A stretch of DNA of 64,000 nucleotides, from NCBI GenBank assembly GCA_943354605.1, contig CALRCK010000004.1, forward strand, positions 23,584 through 87,583. The letters are read 5' to 3'. Positions 47,415 through 56,645 of this stretch are shown one piece after another. The position numbers and the translations under genes are program-made. This stretch comes from Candidatus Uhrbacteria bacterium. Lineage in GTDB: Bacteria > Patescibacteriota > Patescibacteriia > UBA9934. The stretch's first letter is position 1; each line of letters opens with the position of its first letter. The notes under the pieces were generated by a model. That model was not told the origin of the DNA and did not search any database. It saw nothing but the letters and a program-made list of their open reading frames with translations.

Positions 47415-48765
47415 ACGTCTGCATCACGTGCGGAATCTGCACTTCAACGCCAAGCGACGCGCGAAGATGCGTCGCAAACGCATCCTTCGTCGGCCCTTCG
47501 CCGTGCACAAGGAATACCTGTTTCGGCAACGCACCGTTCCCGCGAACAAATGTCGTCAGTTTCTTTTGATCACCGTGCGCAGAAAATGCGTCAATGGTGA
47601 GGAGCTCTGCGCGAACCTGATGCGGCTCGCCGTAAATGTTGATCTGTGTTGCGCCATTCTGGATTTTTCGTCCGAGTGTGTGATCTGCTTGATAGCCGAT
47701 GATGAGCAGCCCAGATTTCGCATCACTAATATATCGCGCCATGTGGTGCAGCACGCGGCCACCAGTCATCATGCCGTTGCCAGCAATAATCACTTTCGGA
47801 CGATTATCGTCGTTAATCACCTTCGATGCATCAACGGTGAGCGTTTCGGTGAGCGATGGAAACCGAAACCAATCACCATCCTTTCCTGGAGCCGCAGGAT
47901 GATCAAACGAAAGATAGTCGCTGAAGAATCGATACAGTTCTGTTGCGCGAATCGCGAGTGGGCTATCAAGGTACATTGGAATGGACGGAATTTCGCCGCG
48001 CTGCAACAGCTGATCAAGCGCAAACAACAATTCTTGCGTTCGCTCAACGGAAAATGCTGGAATAATGAGCGTGCCGTTGCGACCAATCACTTTCTTCACG
48101 AAGTTTGCGAGCATTGGTTCGCGCACTGCAGCTTTCTCGTGTTCTTTCGCGCCGTACGTTGCCTCACAAATCACGTAGTCAGCCGCCGGACGAACTTCCG
48201 TGTCCGGCAAAATTGGCACGTCATCATTTCCAATATCGCCACTAAAAATTAGTGTCTTCGATTCTCCAGCGTCGTCAACAACCACACGAACAAAGGACGA
48301 TCCTAAAATATGTCCGGCATCAAAAAACTCTACCGTCACACCCTCGAATACTGCGGTGACATGATGATACGGCACCGTTACGACAGCCTCGAGCATGTTA
48401 TGCAAATCCTGCTTCTCGTACACCACCGGATCGCCACACTTTTTCGCATTCTCTGCCATCACGTGCACGGAATCCTCAAGCACAAGCTCCATGAGCCCCT
48501 TCGTTGGCGGGGTCATGAAAATTTTTCCGTTGTAACCTTGCTTCACCAAATCCGGCAGTCGACCGGTGTGATCAAAGTGCGCGTGGGTAACGATGACTGC
48601 ATCGATATGCTCTGGCTGGAATCCGAATGGCTCCAAGTTCACCTTTGAACACATGCGCTCACCTTGATGCATGCCGCAATCAATCAACAGTTTCCCTTTT
48701 GGCGTTTCCAGCAAAAAACATGACCCAGTCACACTTTCCACAGCTCCGTAAAAGGTGAGGCGCAT
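47404..48765 (-). CDS. MBL-fold beta-CASP ribonuclease (RNase J/CPSF-like)
   Basis: HAHFDHTG motif (VIVTHAHFDHTGRLPDL). The beta-CASP and RNA-specificity region follows. Confidence 0.75.
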   Translation of the reverse strand: MRLTFYGAVESVTGSCFLLETPKGKLLIDCGMHQGERMCSKVNLEPFGFQPEHIDAVIVTHAHFDHTGRLPDLVKQGYNGKIFMTPPTKGLMELVLEDSVHVMAENAKKCGDPVVYEKQDLHNMLEAVVTVPYHHVTAVFEGVTVEFFDAGHILGSSFVRVVVDDAGESKTLIFSGDIGNDDVPILPDTEVRPAADYVICEATYGAKEHEKAAVREPMLANFVKKVIGRNGTLIIPAFSVERTQELLFALDQLLQRGEIPSIPMYLDSPLAIRATELYRFFSDYLSFDHPAAPGKDGDWFRFPSLTETLTVDASKVINDDNRPKVIIAGNGMMTGGRVLHHMARYISDAKSGLLIIGYQADHTLGRKIQNGATQINIYGEPHQVRAELLTIDAFSAHGDQKKLTTFVRGNGALPKQVFLVHGEGPTKDAFATHLRASLGVEVQIPHVMQTYEL

Positions 48766-48771
48766 AGGCCG

Positions 48772-49014
48772 TTAGTCTGCCTGACGGGACTGATATTCCG
48801 AGAAGCGCGCCTTCACATGCTCGGCATGACCTTCAAGATTCTGGTCGTCGCCAAGTTCTGCCTCGCGCCGCAAATCCTCAATAATCTCGTCAACAAGGTC
48901 GAAATACGCCGCTTCGTCCACCACCCCCTGCATCAATCCCTCCTCAACAATCGTTTCAAAGAGTTCTTCTTCATTAAATTCAATATTTTGCGTCATATGT
49001 TCGGATTGTAGCAT
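48772..49014 (-). CDS. Small acidic hypothetical protein
   Basis: 80-aa ORF, highly acidic. Confidence 0.3.
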   Translation of the reverse strand: MLQSEHMTQNIEFNEEELFETIVEEGLMQGVVDEAAYFDLVDEIIEDLRREAELGDDQNLEGHAEHVKARFSEYQSRQAD

Positions 49015-49061
49015 AGCCTTGTGCTCATCACGGAACTCCGTTTACACTAGAGACTTCTTTT

Positions 49062-50033
49062 ATGGCCATCCTTGATTGGAAATCTCTCCCACGACCGATC
49101 ATCGCACTCTCCCCCATGGCAGACATGACGGACAGCGCATTTTGTCGCGTCGTCAAAGACGTCACCGGCGAAAGCCCGCTCATTATGTTCCGCGAGATGG
49201 TGTCGTCTGAGGCGGTAATCCGTGGAAACGACAAGACGCTTGGCATGACCGCGGTGCATGGCGACGAGCGGCCGCTCGTGCAACAAATCTTTGGCAGCGA
49301 TCCTGCAACGATGGCGGAAGCGGTGAAGATCATCGAGGCCGAGCATCATCCCGAGGGATTCGACGTGAACATGGGTTGCCCGGTGTACAAAATCGTCAGC
49401 AACTTCAACGGTGCCGCGCTCATGAAAGAGCCAGAACGCGCCGCAGCGATTGTGAAAGCAATGAAAACCGTAACGAACGTTCCCGTGTCCGTGAAGATTC
49501 GATTGGGCTGGAGCGACCCCACCGACGCCATCACGTTCGCAAAAGTCCTCGAAGACGCTGGCGCAGATCTGCTCACCGTTCACGGCCGGACACGCATGCA
49601 AGGCTACTCCGGCGTTGCCGACTGGGAAGCAGTGGGCAAAGTGAAACAGGCGGTCTCCATTCCGGTATTATGTAATGGCGACGTGCATAAAGCAGAACTC
49701 ATTCAAAAGGCGCTCAACGTTTCTGGATGCGACGGCGTGCTCATCGCCCGCGGTGCGCTTGGCAATCCGTGGATTTTTAAACACTTCAACGAGATTGCTG
49801 CAGGGAAAACTCCTGAACCTGTCACGCTCAGCGAACGCATTCGCGTCGTGAAACTTCACCTCGCGCTCCACCTTGAGCAATACGGTCCCGATTCCGTTAC
49901 GACGTTCCGCAAACATCTTTCCTGGTATTTCAAAGGCTTGCCTCATGTAAAATCGCACCGCGAGAAGATGATGACGGTAAAGACACGCGAGGAACTGGAG
50001 GCGGTGTTGGACGAGATCGATAATGGAACTTAA
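49062..50033 (+). CDS. dus: tRNA-dihydrouridine synthase
   Basis: Motifs ALSPMADMTDSAFCR and NMGCP. TIM-barrel Dus family. Confidence 0.85.
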   Translation: MAILDWKSLPRPIIALSPMADMTDSAFCRVVKDVTGESPLIMFREMVSSEAVIRGNDKTLGMTAVHGDERPLVQQIFGSDPATMAEAVKIIEAEHHPEGFDVNMGCPVYKIVSNFNGAALMKEPERAAAIVKAMKTVTNVPVSVKIRLGWSDPTDAITFAKVLEDAGADLLTVHGRTRMQGYSGVADWEAVGKVKQAVSIPVLCNGDVHKAELIQKALNVSGCDGVLIARGALGNPWIFKHFNEIAAGKTPEPVTLSERIRVVKLHLALHLEQYGPDSVTTFRKHLSWYFKGLPHVKSHREKMMTVKTREELEAVLDEIDNGT

Positions 50034-50120
50034 CAAGGTTTTAGGGGATAGGTTGTAGGTTTTAGTTCAACCCTTCCACTAGCACCTAACACCTATAACC
50101 TAAAACACTCACTCCGTGAT

Positions 50121-51062
50121 ATGCGTATAGGAATTCTCAGTTTCGTTGCGGGAAAGGAACAAATCGCTGTCGGAACGCAAAGCATCGTGGACGAAGCAAA
50201 GAGTCGTGGACATCACGTGAAGATGCTGTACGCGCACAACGTCGGCCTCGTGTTCGGCAACGGCAAGACGCTCACGTACAAAGGCGAAGTGCTGAACCCG
50301 GAGGACTTCGACGTCATCTTGGTCCGCCCAGGATTCACTGCGGACCCAAGCGTGAACGCATCCATCATCAAACAATTCCAATTGGCGAAGTTTTACGTCA
50401 TCAACACGTACATTGGCGTGTTTCGCGCAAAGAACAAAATTCGTACATTGCAGATGCTTAATCATTTCGGCCTTCCTGTTCCACGAACGCACGTGGTTGG
50501 CGACGCATCGCTGTTGAAAGTTGCCGCTGAAGAATTCACCTTCCCGGTTATTGTCAAAACGATTTACGGCACGCACGGCACTGGTGTGTTCATCGCAGAA
50601 TCGATGCGATCGCTCTCTCCAATCGTCGACTACCTCACCAAAAAAGAACACGGTCCAGTAAAGTTGCAGGAGTACATCGAAGAAGCACAGGGCAAGGATA
50701 TCCGCGTGTTCGTCGCCGGAAAGCGTGTCCTTGCTTCCATGGAACGCTCTGCAAAAGCTGGCGAGTTCCGCGCAAATTTTCACAAAGGTGGATCCGTTGG
50801 CCTTGTTGATCTCTCCGACGACGAAAAGAAGCTCGCAATTAAAGCAACGCTTATCCTCGGCCTGGATATCGCCGGCGTCGATATCCTACGAACAAAATCC
50901 GGCCCGAAAATTATCGAAGTGAACAGCAACCCAGGACTGGAAGGCATCAGCAAAGCCACCGGCATCAACGTTGCCGCCAAGCTCGTGGACTTCCTTGAGC
51001 GCCGCGTAGCAAAGCACGGCTCCAAGCACACGGAATTGAAAAAGAAGGCGATGAAGGAATAG
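50121..51062 (+). CDS. RimK-family ATP-grasp alpha-L-glutamate ligase
   Basis: ATP-grasp blocks (..FPVIVKTIYGTHGTGVFI..IEVNSNPGLEGI..). Confidence 0.75.
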   Translation: MRIGILSFVAGKEQIAVGTQSIVDEAKSRGHHVKMLYAHNVGLVFGNGKTLTYKGEVLNPEDFDVILVRPGFTADPSVNASIIKQFQLAKFYVINTYIGVFRAKNKIRTLQMLNHFGLPVPRTHVVGDASLLKVAAEEFTFPVIVKTIYGTHGTGVFIAESMRSLSPIVDYLTKKEHGPVKLQEYIEEAQGKDIRVFVAGKRVLASMERSAKAGEFRANFHKGGSVGLVDLSDDEKKLAIKATLILGLDIAGVDILRTKSGPKIIEVNSNPGLEGISKATGINVAAKLVDFLERRVAKHGSKHTELKKKAMKE

Positions 51063-51127
51063 TGCACAGCCGATTGACGGAACGCCCCAAAATAGGTATA
51101 TTCTCGGCGCGCAAGAATTGTGAGAAC

Positions 51128-51245
51128 TTTCTAATTTTCGGCCAGTTTCGGTGCGCGAGGAGCAAAGTTCGCGAGGCGTACTTTACGGTACGGTGAGCGA
51201 ATGTGCGACGATGCAAGCCGAAAATGGACAAAATTAGGAAGTTCT
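51128..51245. repeat. About 115-bp dispersed repeat (family 3, copy 3), immediately 5' of tRNA-Gln
   Basis: gtttcggtgcgcgaggagcaaagttcgcgaggcgtactttacggtacggtgagcgaatgtgcgacgatgcaagccgaaaatggacaaaattaggaag. About 85% identical to copy 2. Confidence 0.6.
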
Positions 51246-51251
51246 CAATAA

Positions 51252-51325
51252 TCCGAGATCGTCTAACGGCAGGACAACAGACTCTGAATCTGTTTATCAT
51301 GGTTCGAATCCATGTCTCGGAACCA
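51252..51325 (+). tRNA. tRNA-Gln (anticodon CUG)
   Basis: TCCGAGATCGTCTAACGGCAGGACAACAGACTCTGAATCTGTTTATCATGGTTCGAATCCATGTCTCGGAACCA. Acceptor stem TCCGAGA/TCTCGGA, anticodon loop CTCTGAA. Confidence 0.85.
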
Positions 51326-51375
51326 TCTAGTACCCGTGTCTCAGCGACCTGAACAGGGCACTGGTCCAAGCAAAA

Positions 51376-51402
51376 CCCCCAAGTCGAAAGACTCGGGGTT
51401 TT
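51376..51402 (+). terminator. Rho-independent terminator after tRNA-Gln
   Basis: cccccaagtc-gaaa-gactcgggg followed by tttt. Confidence 0.6.
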
Positions 51403-51593
51403 GCGTTTGGCGACCCATCGATAGGGTTTTAATCAACGCATGATTGGATCCGCGTCAAGATACTTCCAAATTGTTTGATCGCTCCAGCCAAAGCTAAGCT
51501 TTAACACCGGAATCTTCGAAATATAAGCTGGATTCATTCATTATCCACATACCGAAGCTCAGCTTAGCCGGTTTGTGCTACAGTGTTTTTACT

Positions 51594-51962
51594 ATGGCGA
51601 TGCTCACCGGAAATGTAGTTCATGGTGATGGATTTGCTGGTGAAGGATACGGAATCCCTACCGCAAACGTTTCGCTTCTTGAACGCCCAGATCTCTCCCC
51701 AGGCGTGTATGCTGGGTATGCCACGTGGGGCGACAAATGCTTTGAATGCCTCGTCTGCTTTGATGCGGATCGCCGTGGAAAATTCGAAGTGCATCTCTTC
51801 GATTTTGTGGGTAATCTCTACGGCACACAACTAAGCGTTGATGTCCGATCGAAACTCTCCGACCTTATTCCCTGGACCGGCGAAGAAGCGATGCGAAAAA
51901 AAGTTGCGGAAGACGTAAACCGAGCTCGCGCATACTTCGCATCGCAAAAGCATCTTGCCTAA
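51594..51962 (+). CDS. Riboflavin kinase (stand-alone RFK domain)
   Basis: GxGxG..PTANV motif (GDGFAGEGYGIPTANV), ..PGVYAGYA.., and ..HLFDFVGNLYG... Confidence 0.65.
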   Translation: MAMLTGNVVHGDGFAGEGYGIPTANVSLLERPDLSPGVYAGYATWGDKCFECLVCFDADRRGKFEVHLFDFVGNLYGTQLSVDVRSKLSDLIPWTGEEAMRKKVAEDVNRARAYFASQKHLA

Positions 51963-51988
51963 CCGAGCTCCGGTCATCCCCGGAACTC

Positions 51989-53659
51989 CTACGCGAGACT
52001 GCCCCCAAGTTGGCTCACGAAATCCGTCACCGCGTCGCTCGTCTCCTTCACCGGAACGTGAACCGATGTAATGGTAACGCGGTGTTGCAATACTTTCTCA
52101 ATAGCGTCTTCCACAAAGCGCTTTGCTTTAGTTTCCTTCAGTGCATCGGCATGGAATGCGTATGCGCAAGAAAGCGTCACCACTGATCCTTCAACCTTGA
52201 CTGGCACGGCGCCACGCAGCACGAGCGGCAAGGCAACATTGTTTTCGGCAACAATCGCAATACATCGCTCCCATTTATTTACGATCTCTTCGAGCGGAAA
52301 GATTGGTGCTTCGGCGGATCCCGACGGCTGATCGGCAACAGCTGATTCCATTTGCTGGATAGGCGCAAAGTCGTAGCGGATTGGTGCGTCGGGAACGGCT
52401 TGGACCTCGATGATCGGGGTAACGACGGGAGCAACAGCGACAGGCCTCCCTCCGACTCCCTCCATAAATGGAGGGAGAGATGTCGGTGAAGAGGCAGTCG
52501 ACGGCCTCCCCCCATTTACTTTTCCCCGGATGGGGATGGGGGGATTGAGGGGGGCGTGTATCGCTGCGGTCGAGCCAACCTCACATGCATCCAAAATCGC
52601 GATCTCGAGTGGGATCTGCGGAATTGCGGGCAGACTCGATCTCGTTCTCGCAGACAATAATCCGTCGAGGAATATCTGAGATCGAGAAACTCCGAACACC
52701 GATCCTGCCGCTTTCACTCGTTCGATCGTCTTTGCGTCGTATGCGTCCATCGTCGTGTCTCCGAATGCGGCGAACATCACAGTGCGAACGTATTCCAAAA
52801 GCTCTTCGATGAGATGTTTTACGGATCCTCCATCGGCCACAAACGTTCCAACGATCCTGAGCGCCTTCTGCGCATCGCTCGCGGCAACAGCGTCGACGAT
52901 GTCGGTAACGACCGCGATGTTCGTCATTGGCAATACCAACGACGCAACGGCAAGCGTGACATTTTTTTCACCGAGTGCGAGCACTTGGCCAAGCAAACTT
53001 TCCGCATCGCGTAAACAGCCCTCGCTTAAGCGCGCAATCTGCGCAAGAACGTCGTCGTCAATCGTGAACCCCTCGGCCTCCGAAATCTTCTTGAGGCGCG
53101 GCATCATGACCACTGGTGGCACGCGATGAAACTCGAACCGCTGACAACGCGATGCAATGGTTGCCGGAATTTTATGCAGCTCAGTGGTTGCGAGGATGAA
53201 GATGGCATGCGCCGGTGGTTCTTCAAGCGTTTTCAACAACGCATTGAACGACGAACCTGAGAGCATGTGGACCTCGTCGAGAATAAACACCTTAAACAAC
53301 CCGCGACTTGGCGCAAATCGCGCATTCTCAATGATGTTGTCGCGAACATTATCGACACCGGTCTGCGACGCCGCGTCGATTTCGATACACGACATAAATC
53401 GACCCGACGCAAAATCGGTACACGATGAACACGTGTTGCACGGCTCAGACTCCCCCGCCTTTCGGTTCTCGCAATTGAGTGCTTTCGCGAGCAAACGCGC
53501 GATGGTCGTTTTCCCCGTTCCGCGTGGACCAGAAAAAAGGTACGCATGTGCGACCGTATTTTTTGCCAACTGTTGCTGAATGGTTCGCAACACATGCTCC
53601 TGTTCCGCAACATCCGCAAAGCACTGTGGACGGTATTTTCGATAAAGCGTTTCGGCCAT
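51989..53659 (-). CDS. dnaX: DNA polymerase III subunit gamma/tau, carrying an in-frame repeat insertion
   Basis: AAA+ clamp-loader N-terminus (YRKYRPQCFADVAEQEHVLRTI..GPRGTGKTT), zinc module (CNTCSSC). The variable linker carries the element-encoded ..NPPIPIRGKVNGGRPSTASSPTSLPPFMEGVGGRP.. Confidence 0.85.
   Translation of the reverse strand: MAETLYRKYRPQCFADVAEQEHVLRTIQQQLAKNTVAHAYLFSGPRGTGKTTIARLLAKALNCENRKAGESEPCNTCSSCTDFASGRFMSCIEIDAASQTGVDNVRDNIIENARFAPSRGLFKVFILDEVHMLSGSSFNALLKTLEEPPAHAIFILATTELHKIPATIASRCQRFEFHRVPPVVMMPRLKKISEAEGFTIDDDVLAQIARLSEGCLRDAESLLGQVLALGEKNVTLAVASLVLPMTNIAVVTDIVDAVAASDAQKALRIVGTFVADGGSVKHLIEELLEYVRTVMFAAFGDTTMDAYDAKTIERVKAAGSVFGVSRSQIFLDGLLSARTRSSLPAIPQIPLEIAILDACEVGSTAAIHAPLNPPIPIRGKVNGGRPSTASSPTSLPPFMEGVGGRPVAVAPVVTPIIEVQAVPDAPIRYDFAPIQQMESAVADQPSGSAEAPIFPLEEIVNKWERCIAIVAENNVALPLVLRGAVPVKVEGSVVTLSCAYAFHADALKETKAKRFVEDAIEKVLQHRVTITSVHVPVKETSDAVTDFVSQLGGSLA
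52446..52545. repeat. GC-rich two-module palindromic element inserted in-frame (copy 2, in dnaX)
   Basis: Module A ctccgactccctccATAAATggagggagag. Module B ccccccatttacttttccccggatggggatgggggg. Compared with copy 1 the stem changes compensate: CCTCCat/atGGAGG in copy 1 versus CCCCCat/atGGGGG here. Confidence 0.7.
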
Positions 53660-53662
53660 AGT

Positions 53663-54568
53663 CTAGTTTTTGATCACGCCATCAATCCATGCGACGAGTA
53701 CGGCGGCAAAATCTTTTCCCGCCGCACGCAGCGCCTTTGGGAGCAATGAGGTTTCCGTCATTCCAGGAATCGTATTTGTTTCAAGGAACCACCCTTTTCC
53801 ATCACCATCGACGATGATATCCGTTCTACTCACGTGGCGGCAACCAAGTGCGCGATGAGCCGTCAACGCGATCGACTGTAACTGTTTCGCAAGATCGTCG
53901 GAAATTGGTGCAGGACAAATTTCGTCTGCAAGTGTTGCGGTATTGTACTTGCTCTCGAAATCGAAGAATCCACTCTTCGGACGAATCGCAATAACTGGAA
54001 GCGCAGTTGTTTCTCCATCGATGTCGGCGATCGCGACAGTACATTCGTCACCTTGAACGAAATCTTCAACGAGCACAGCGCTTGAATATTCTAGCGCCTT
54101 TGCGATCGCAGCATCTAGCTCTTCCTGCGATCGCGCAACTGCCGTCGCCACACTACTTCCCCCGTTGTACGGCTTCACAACCACAGGATGAACATATTGC
54201 ACACCGGATCGATCACACAACATCACCGACCTCGGAACTCGAATACCGGAAGCAGCGACAAGAGTTTTTGTTTTGTCTTTATCCATCGCAATCGCATGTG
54301 CCTGGACGCCAGAAAAAATGTACGGAGCACCGAGCGTCTCCAAAAATCCCTGTATTACACCATCCTCACCACCAGCGCCGTGCAATACAGGAATCACCGC
54401 GTCGAATTTCTGGTTCAAAAATCTCGAGAGGTCTGCAGGAAAATCAAAAACTTCAATCGCGTAACGATCGCGAAGGACTGACCGCACGTTTTGTGCAGAC
54501 CGAAGTGCAACGTCCCGCTCCGAGCTTCGCCCACCAGTAATGATTGCGACGCGTTTCATATATCGCAC
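53663..54568 (-). CDS. ddl: D-alanine--D-alanine ligase
   Basis: MKRVAIITGGRSSERDVALRSA.. and ATP-grasp C-terminal blocks (..EVNTIPGMTETSLLP..). Confidence 0.85.
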   Translation of the reverse strand: MRYMKRVAIITGGRSSERDVALRSAQNVRSVLRDRYAIEVFDFPADLSRFLNQKFDAVIPVLHGAGGEDGVIQGFLETLGAPYIFSGVQAHAIAMDKDKTKTLVAASGIRVPRSVMLCDRSGVQYVHPVVVKPYNGGSSVATAVARSQEELDAAIAKALEYSSAVLVEDFVQGDECTVAIADIDGETTALPVIAIRPKSGFFDFESKYNTATLADEICPAPISDDLAKQLQSIALTAHRALGCRHVSRTDIIVDGDGKGWFLETNTIPGMTETSLLPKALRAAGKDFAAVLVAWIDGVIKN

Positions 54569-54611
54569 ATCCTATCATCTCCCACACAGAACCCCAAGCG
54601 GTATTTATGGC

Positions 54612-55688
54612 CTATTTCTCCCGCAAATTCATCTCTTTCAACAACTCCTGAGTCTTCTTATCCACCTTCGTTGGCGTAATCACTTTCACAATCACAATCT
54701 GGTCCCCGCGGCCGCGATTATTTGGCACGCCTTTTCCGCGCAAACGCAATTCGTCGCCGCTTTGGGTGCCTTGCGGAATCTTCACCTCAACCTTTCCATC
54801 GACCGTATCGACATCCACCGTGTCGCCAAGCGCGGCCTGTGTGAAACCGATGTTTTTCGTAACGTAAATCGTAAAGCCATCACGCGTAAATCGCGGATCG
54901 GGTTCAACACGAAGGCGCAAATACAAATCCCCTGGCTCGCCTTGTGCGCCAATGCTTTCGCCCTCACCACGAACCCGAACACTCATGCCATCATCGACTC
55001 CGGCCGGGATATCGACCCGAACCGTCGTTCTACCATGCACCGCGCCTTTGCCATGACATTCCGTACATTCTTTTTCCGGCTTTTCTCCGCGACCATGACA
55101 TTCATTACATGCCGTTTTCATCTGCATTGCACCAAGCATCGTGCGCTGCATCGTGACGCGGAATCCTTTTCCTTCGCACGTCGTACACGTCTTCATCTTT
55201 GTGCCAGGCTCTGCCGCGGTTCCCGCACATCGCGGACACTTCGAGTGTTTCGTGAGAGGAATCTCTTTCTCCACACCGAACACCGCTTCTGAAAACTTCA
55301 AACGGATTCCCACTTCAAGATCTTCGCCCTTTGGTGCACGCTGCTGACGACCACCGCCGCCAAACATGCCACCGAGAATGTCGCCGAGGTCCTCGAATCC
55401 CGCACCGCTAAAATCAAAACCACCAGCGCCGCCAAATGGATTTCCACCACCAAACGGATTTCCACCACCACTGCCATCAAACGCCGCAGAACCAAATTGG
55501 TCGTACTGCGCACGTTTCTGCTCATCACCAAGCACTTGATACGCCTCGTTAATTTCCTTAAATTTTTCTTCCTTTCCACCCTTATCCGGATGGTGCTCGT
55601 GCGCCAACGTTCTGAACGCACGCTTAATATCGTCCTGCGATGCAGACTTGGAAACGCCCAGGACTTTGTAGAAATCTTTACCAGGCAT
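54612..55688 (-). CDS. dnaJ: Chaperone DnaJ
   Basis: J-domain with HPD motif (LAHEHHPDK), G/F-rich region, and four CxxCxGxG zinc-finger repeats. Confidence 0.9.
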   Translation of the reverse strand: MPGKDFYKVLGVSKSASQDDIKRAFRTLAHEHHPDKGGKEEKFKEINEAYQVLGDEQKRAQYDQFGSAAFDGSGGGNPFGGGNPFGGAGGFDFSGAGFEDLGDILGGMFGGGGRQQRAPKGEDLEVGIRLKFSEAVFGVEKEIPLTKHSKCPRCAGTAAEPGTKMKTCTTCEGKGFRVTMQRTMLGAMQMKTACNECHGRGEKPEKECTECHGKGAVHGRTTVRVDIPAGVDDGMSVRVRGEGESIGAQGEPGDLYLRLRVEPDPRFTRDGFTIYVTKNIGFTQAALGDTVDVDTVDGKVEVKIPQGTQSGDELRLRGKGVPNNRGRGDQIVIVKVITPTKVDKKTQELLKEMNLREK

Positions 55689-55875
55689 ATTTTTAATCTC
55701 GCTTGCGCACGTGTCGTTGTTATGCTATTCTCTTTTTAGTCACCAACGGAAAAGGTGCCCTATAAGGTTTCGTCCTTATGGGGTCTTTTCTTTTTTAGAC
55801 AACCACAAGCGAGAACGCCCTGATGCAAGTTCTGACTACCAATAAACGCGTAGTTATTCCGAGCTCGCTCCATAC

Positions 55876-56124
55876 TCATTCTTTTTTCGCCTCAACGTCG
55901 ATCACTTTCTGGTTTGCCTTTCGCTTGCCGAGCAACAAATTCATTAACCAGTTGCGCACCGCAGGAAGCGTGAGGACATACAAGAATCCTGCAAGCATGG
56001 TTTTGAGTGTTCCCGATGTAAATTTTCGCCAACGCTCTCCCATATTATTTGCAATCACAGTCGCAATCCCCGCCGCAGCACGATTTCGACTCGGCCGATG
56101 GCACTTGGCAACATTTGTCGTCAA
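55876..56124 (-). CDS. Small membrane protein inside the dnaK-dnaJ interval
   Basis: 82-aa ORF (possibly about 55 aa from the internal Met) with one TM helix. No family assigned. Confidence 0.25.
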   Translation of the reverse strand: MTTNVAKCHRPSRNRAAAGIATVIANNMGERWRKFTSGTLKTMLAGFLYVLTLPAVRNWLMNLLLGKRKANQKVIDVEAKKE

Positions 56125-56249
56125 TGGAACACGTTGCGCCAGCAGACTTTTTCGACGTCATGTCGTCCGGACGCTTTTCGTCGGGCGATCCGTCTTTCAC
56201 GAACATCAATTTGATGCGGTCGATGATTTTCATAGGAAGGCTTGGAGGA

Positions 56250-56636
56250 TTACGCGACTTTCGCTTTCTCCTCTGCGTACCAGGTACAAAGTTCCAATGG
56301 CTCCGATCCATCCACACGCGACCAAATGCGATACTCCCCCGCCCTTGGCACCGTCATCCCGCCAATGCGGACGAGAAGATTCGCGTTTGGCCCTTTAATC
56401 TGTTGCTTGAACATTGTGCCTTTTTCGACGAGCGTATTTGATCCGTCGGTCACATATACTTCCACGTTCGGATTTTCTGGCAGATGCGTGAGGCGCATGG
56501 CAAGGAATCCACGGAGCATTGGCTGCTCACCTGCTGGAAACATCGTACGGTCGAACACGTGCATGAAGCTGTTCAAGCCGTTGGTGGACTGCGTCGCAAA
56601 CTCGCAGAGCAGTGCGTATTCCTTGTTGGTGGTCAT
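56250..56636 (-). CDS. Hypothetical protein inside the dnaK-dnaJ interval
   Basis: 128-aa ORF starting 10 nt downstream of the dnaK stop, non-repetitive composition. No family recognised. Confidence 0.4.
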   Translation of the reverse strand: MTTNKEYALLCEFATQSTNGLNSFMHVFDRTMFPAGEQPMLRGFLAMRLTHLPENPNVEVYVTDGSNTLVEKGTMFKQQIKGPNANLLVRIGGMTVPRAGEYRIWSRVDGSEPLELCTWYAEEKAKVA

Positions 56637-56645
56637 AGAGAAAAA

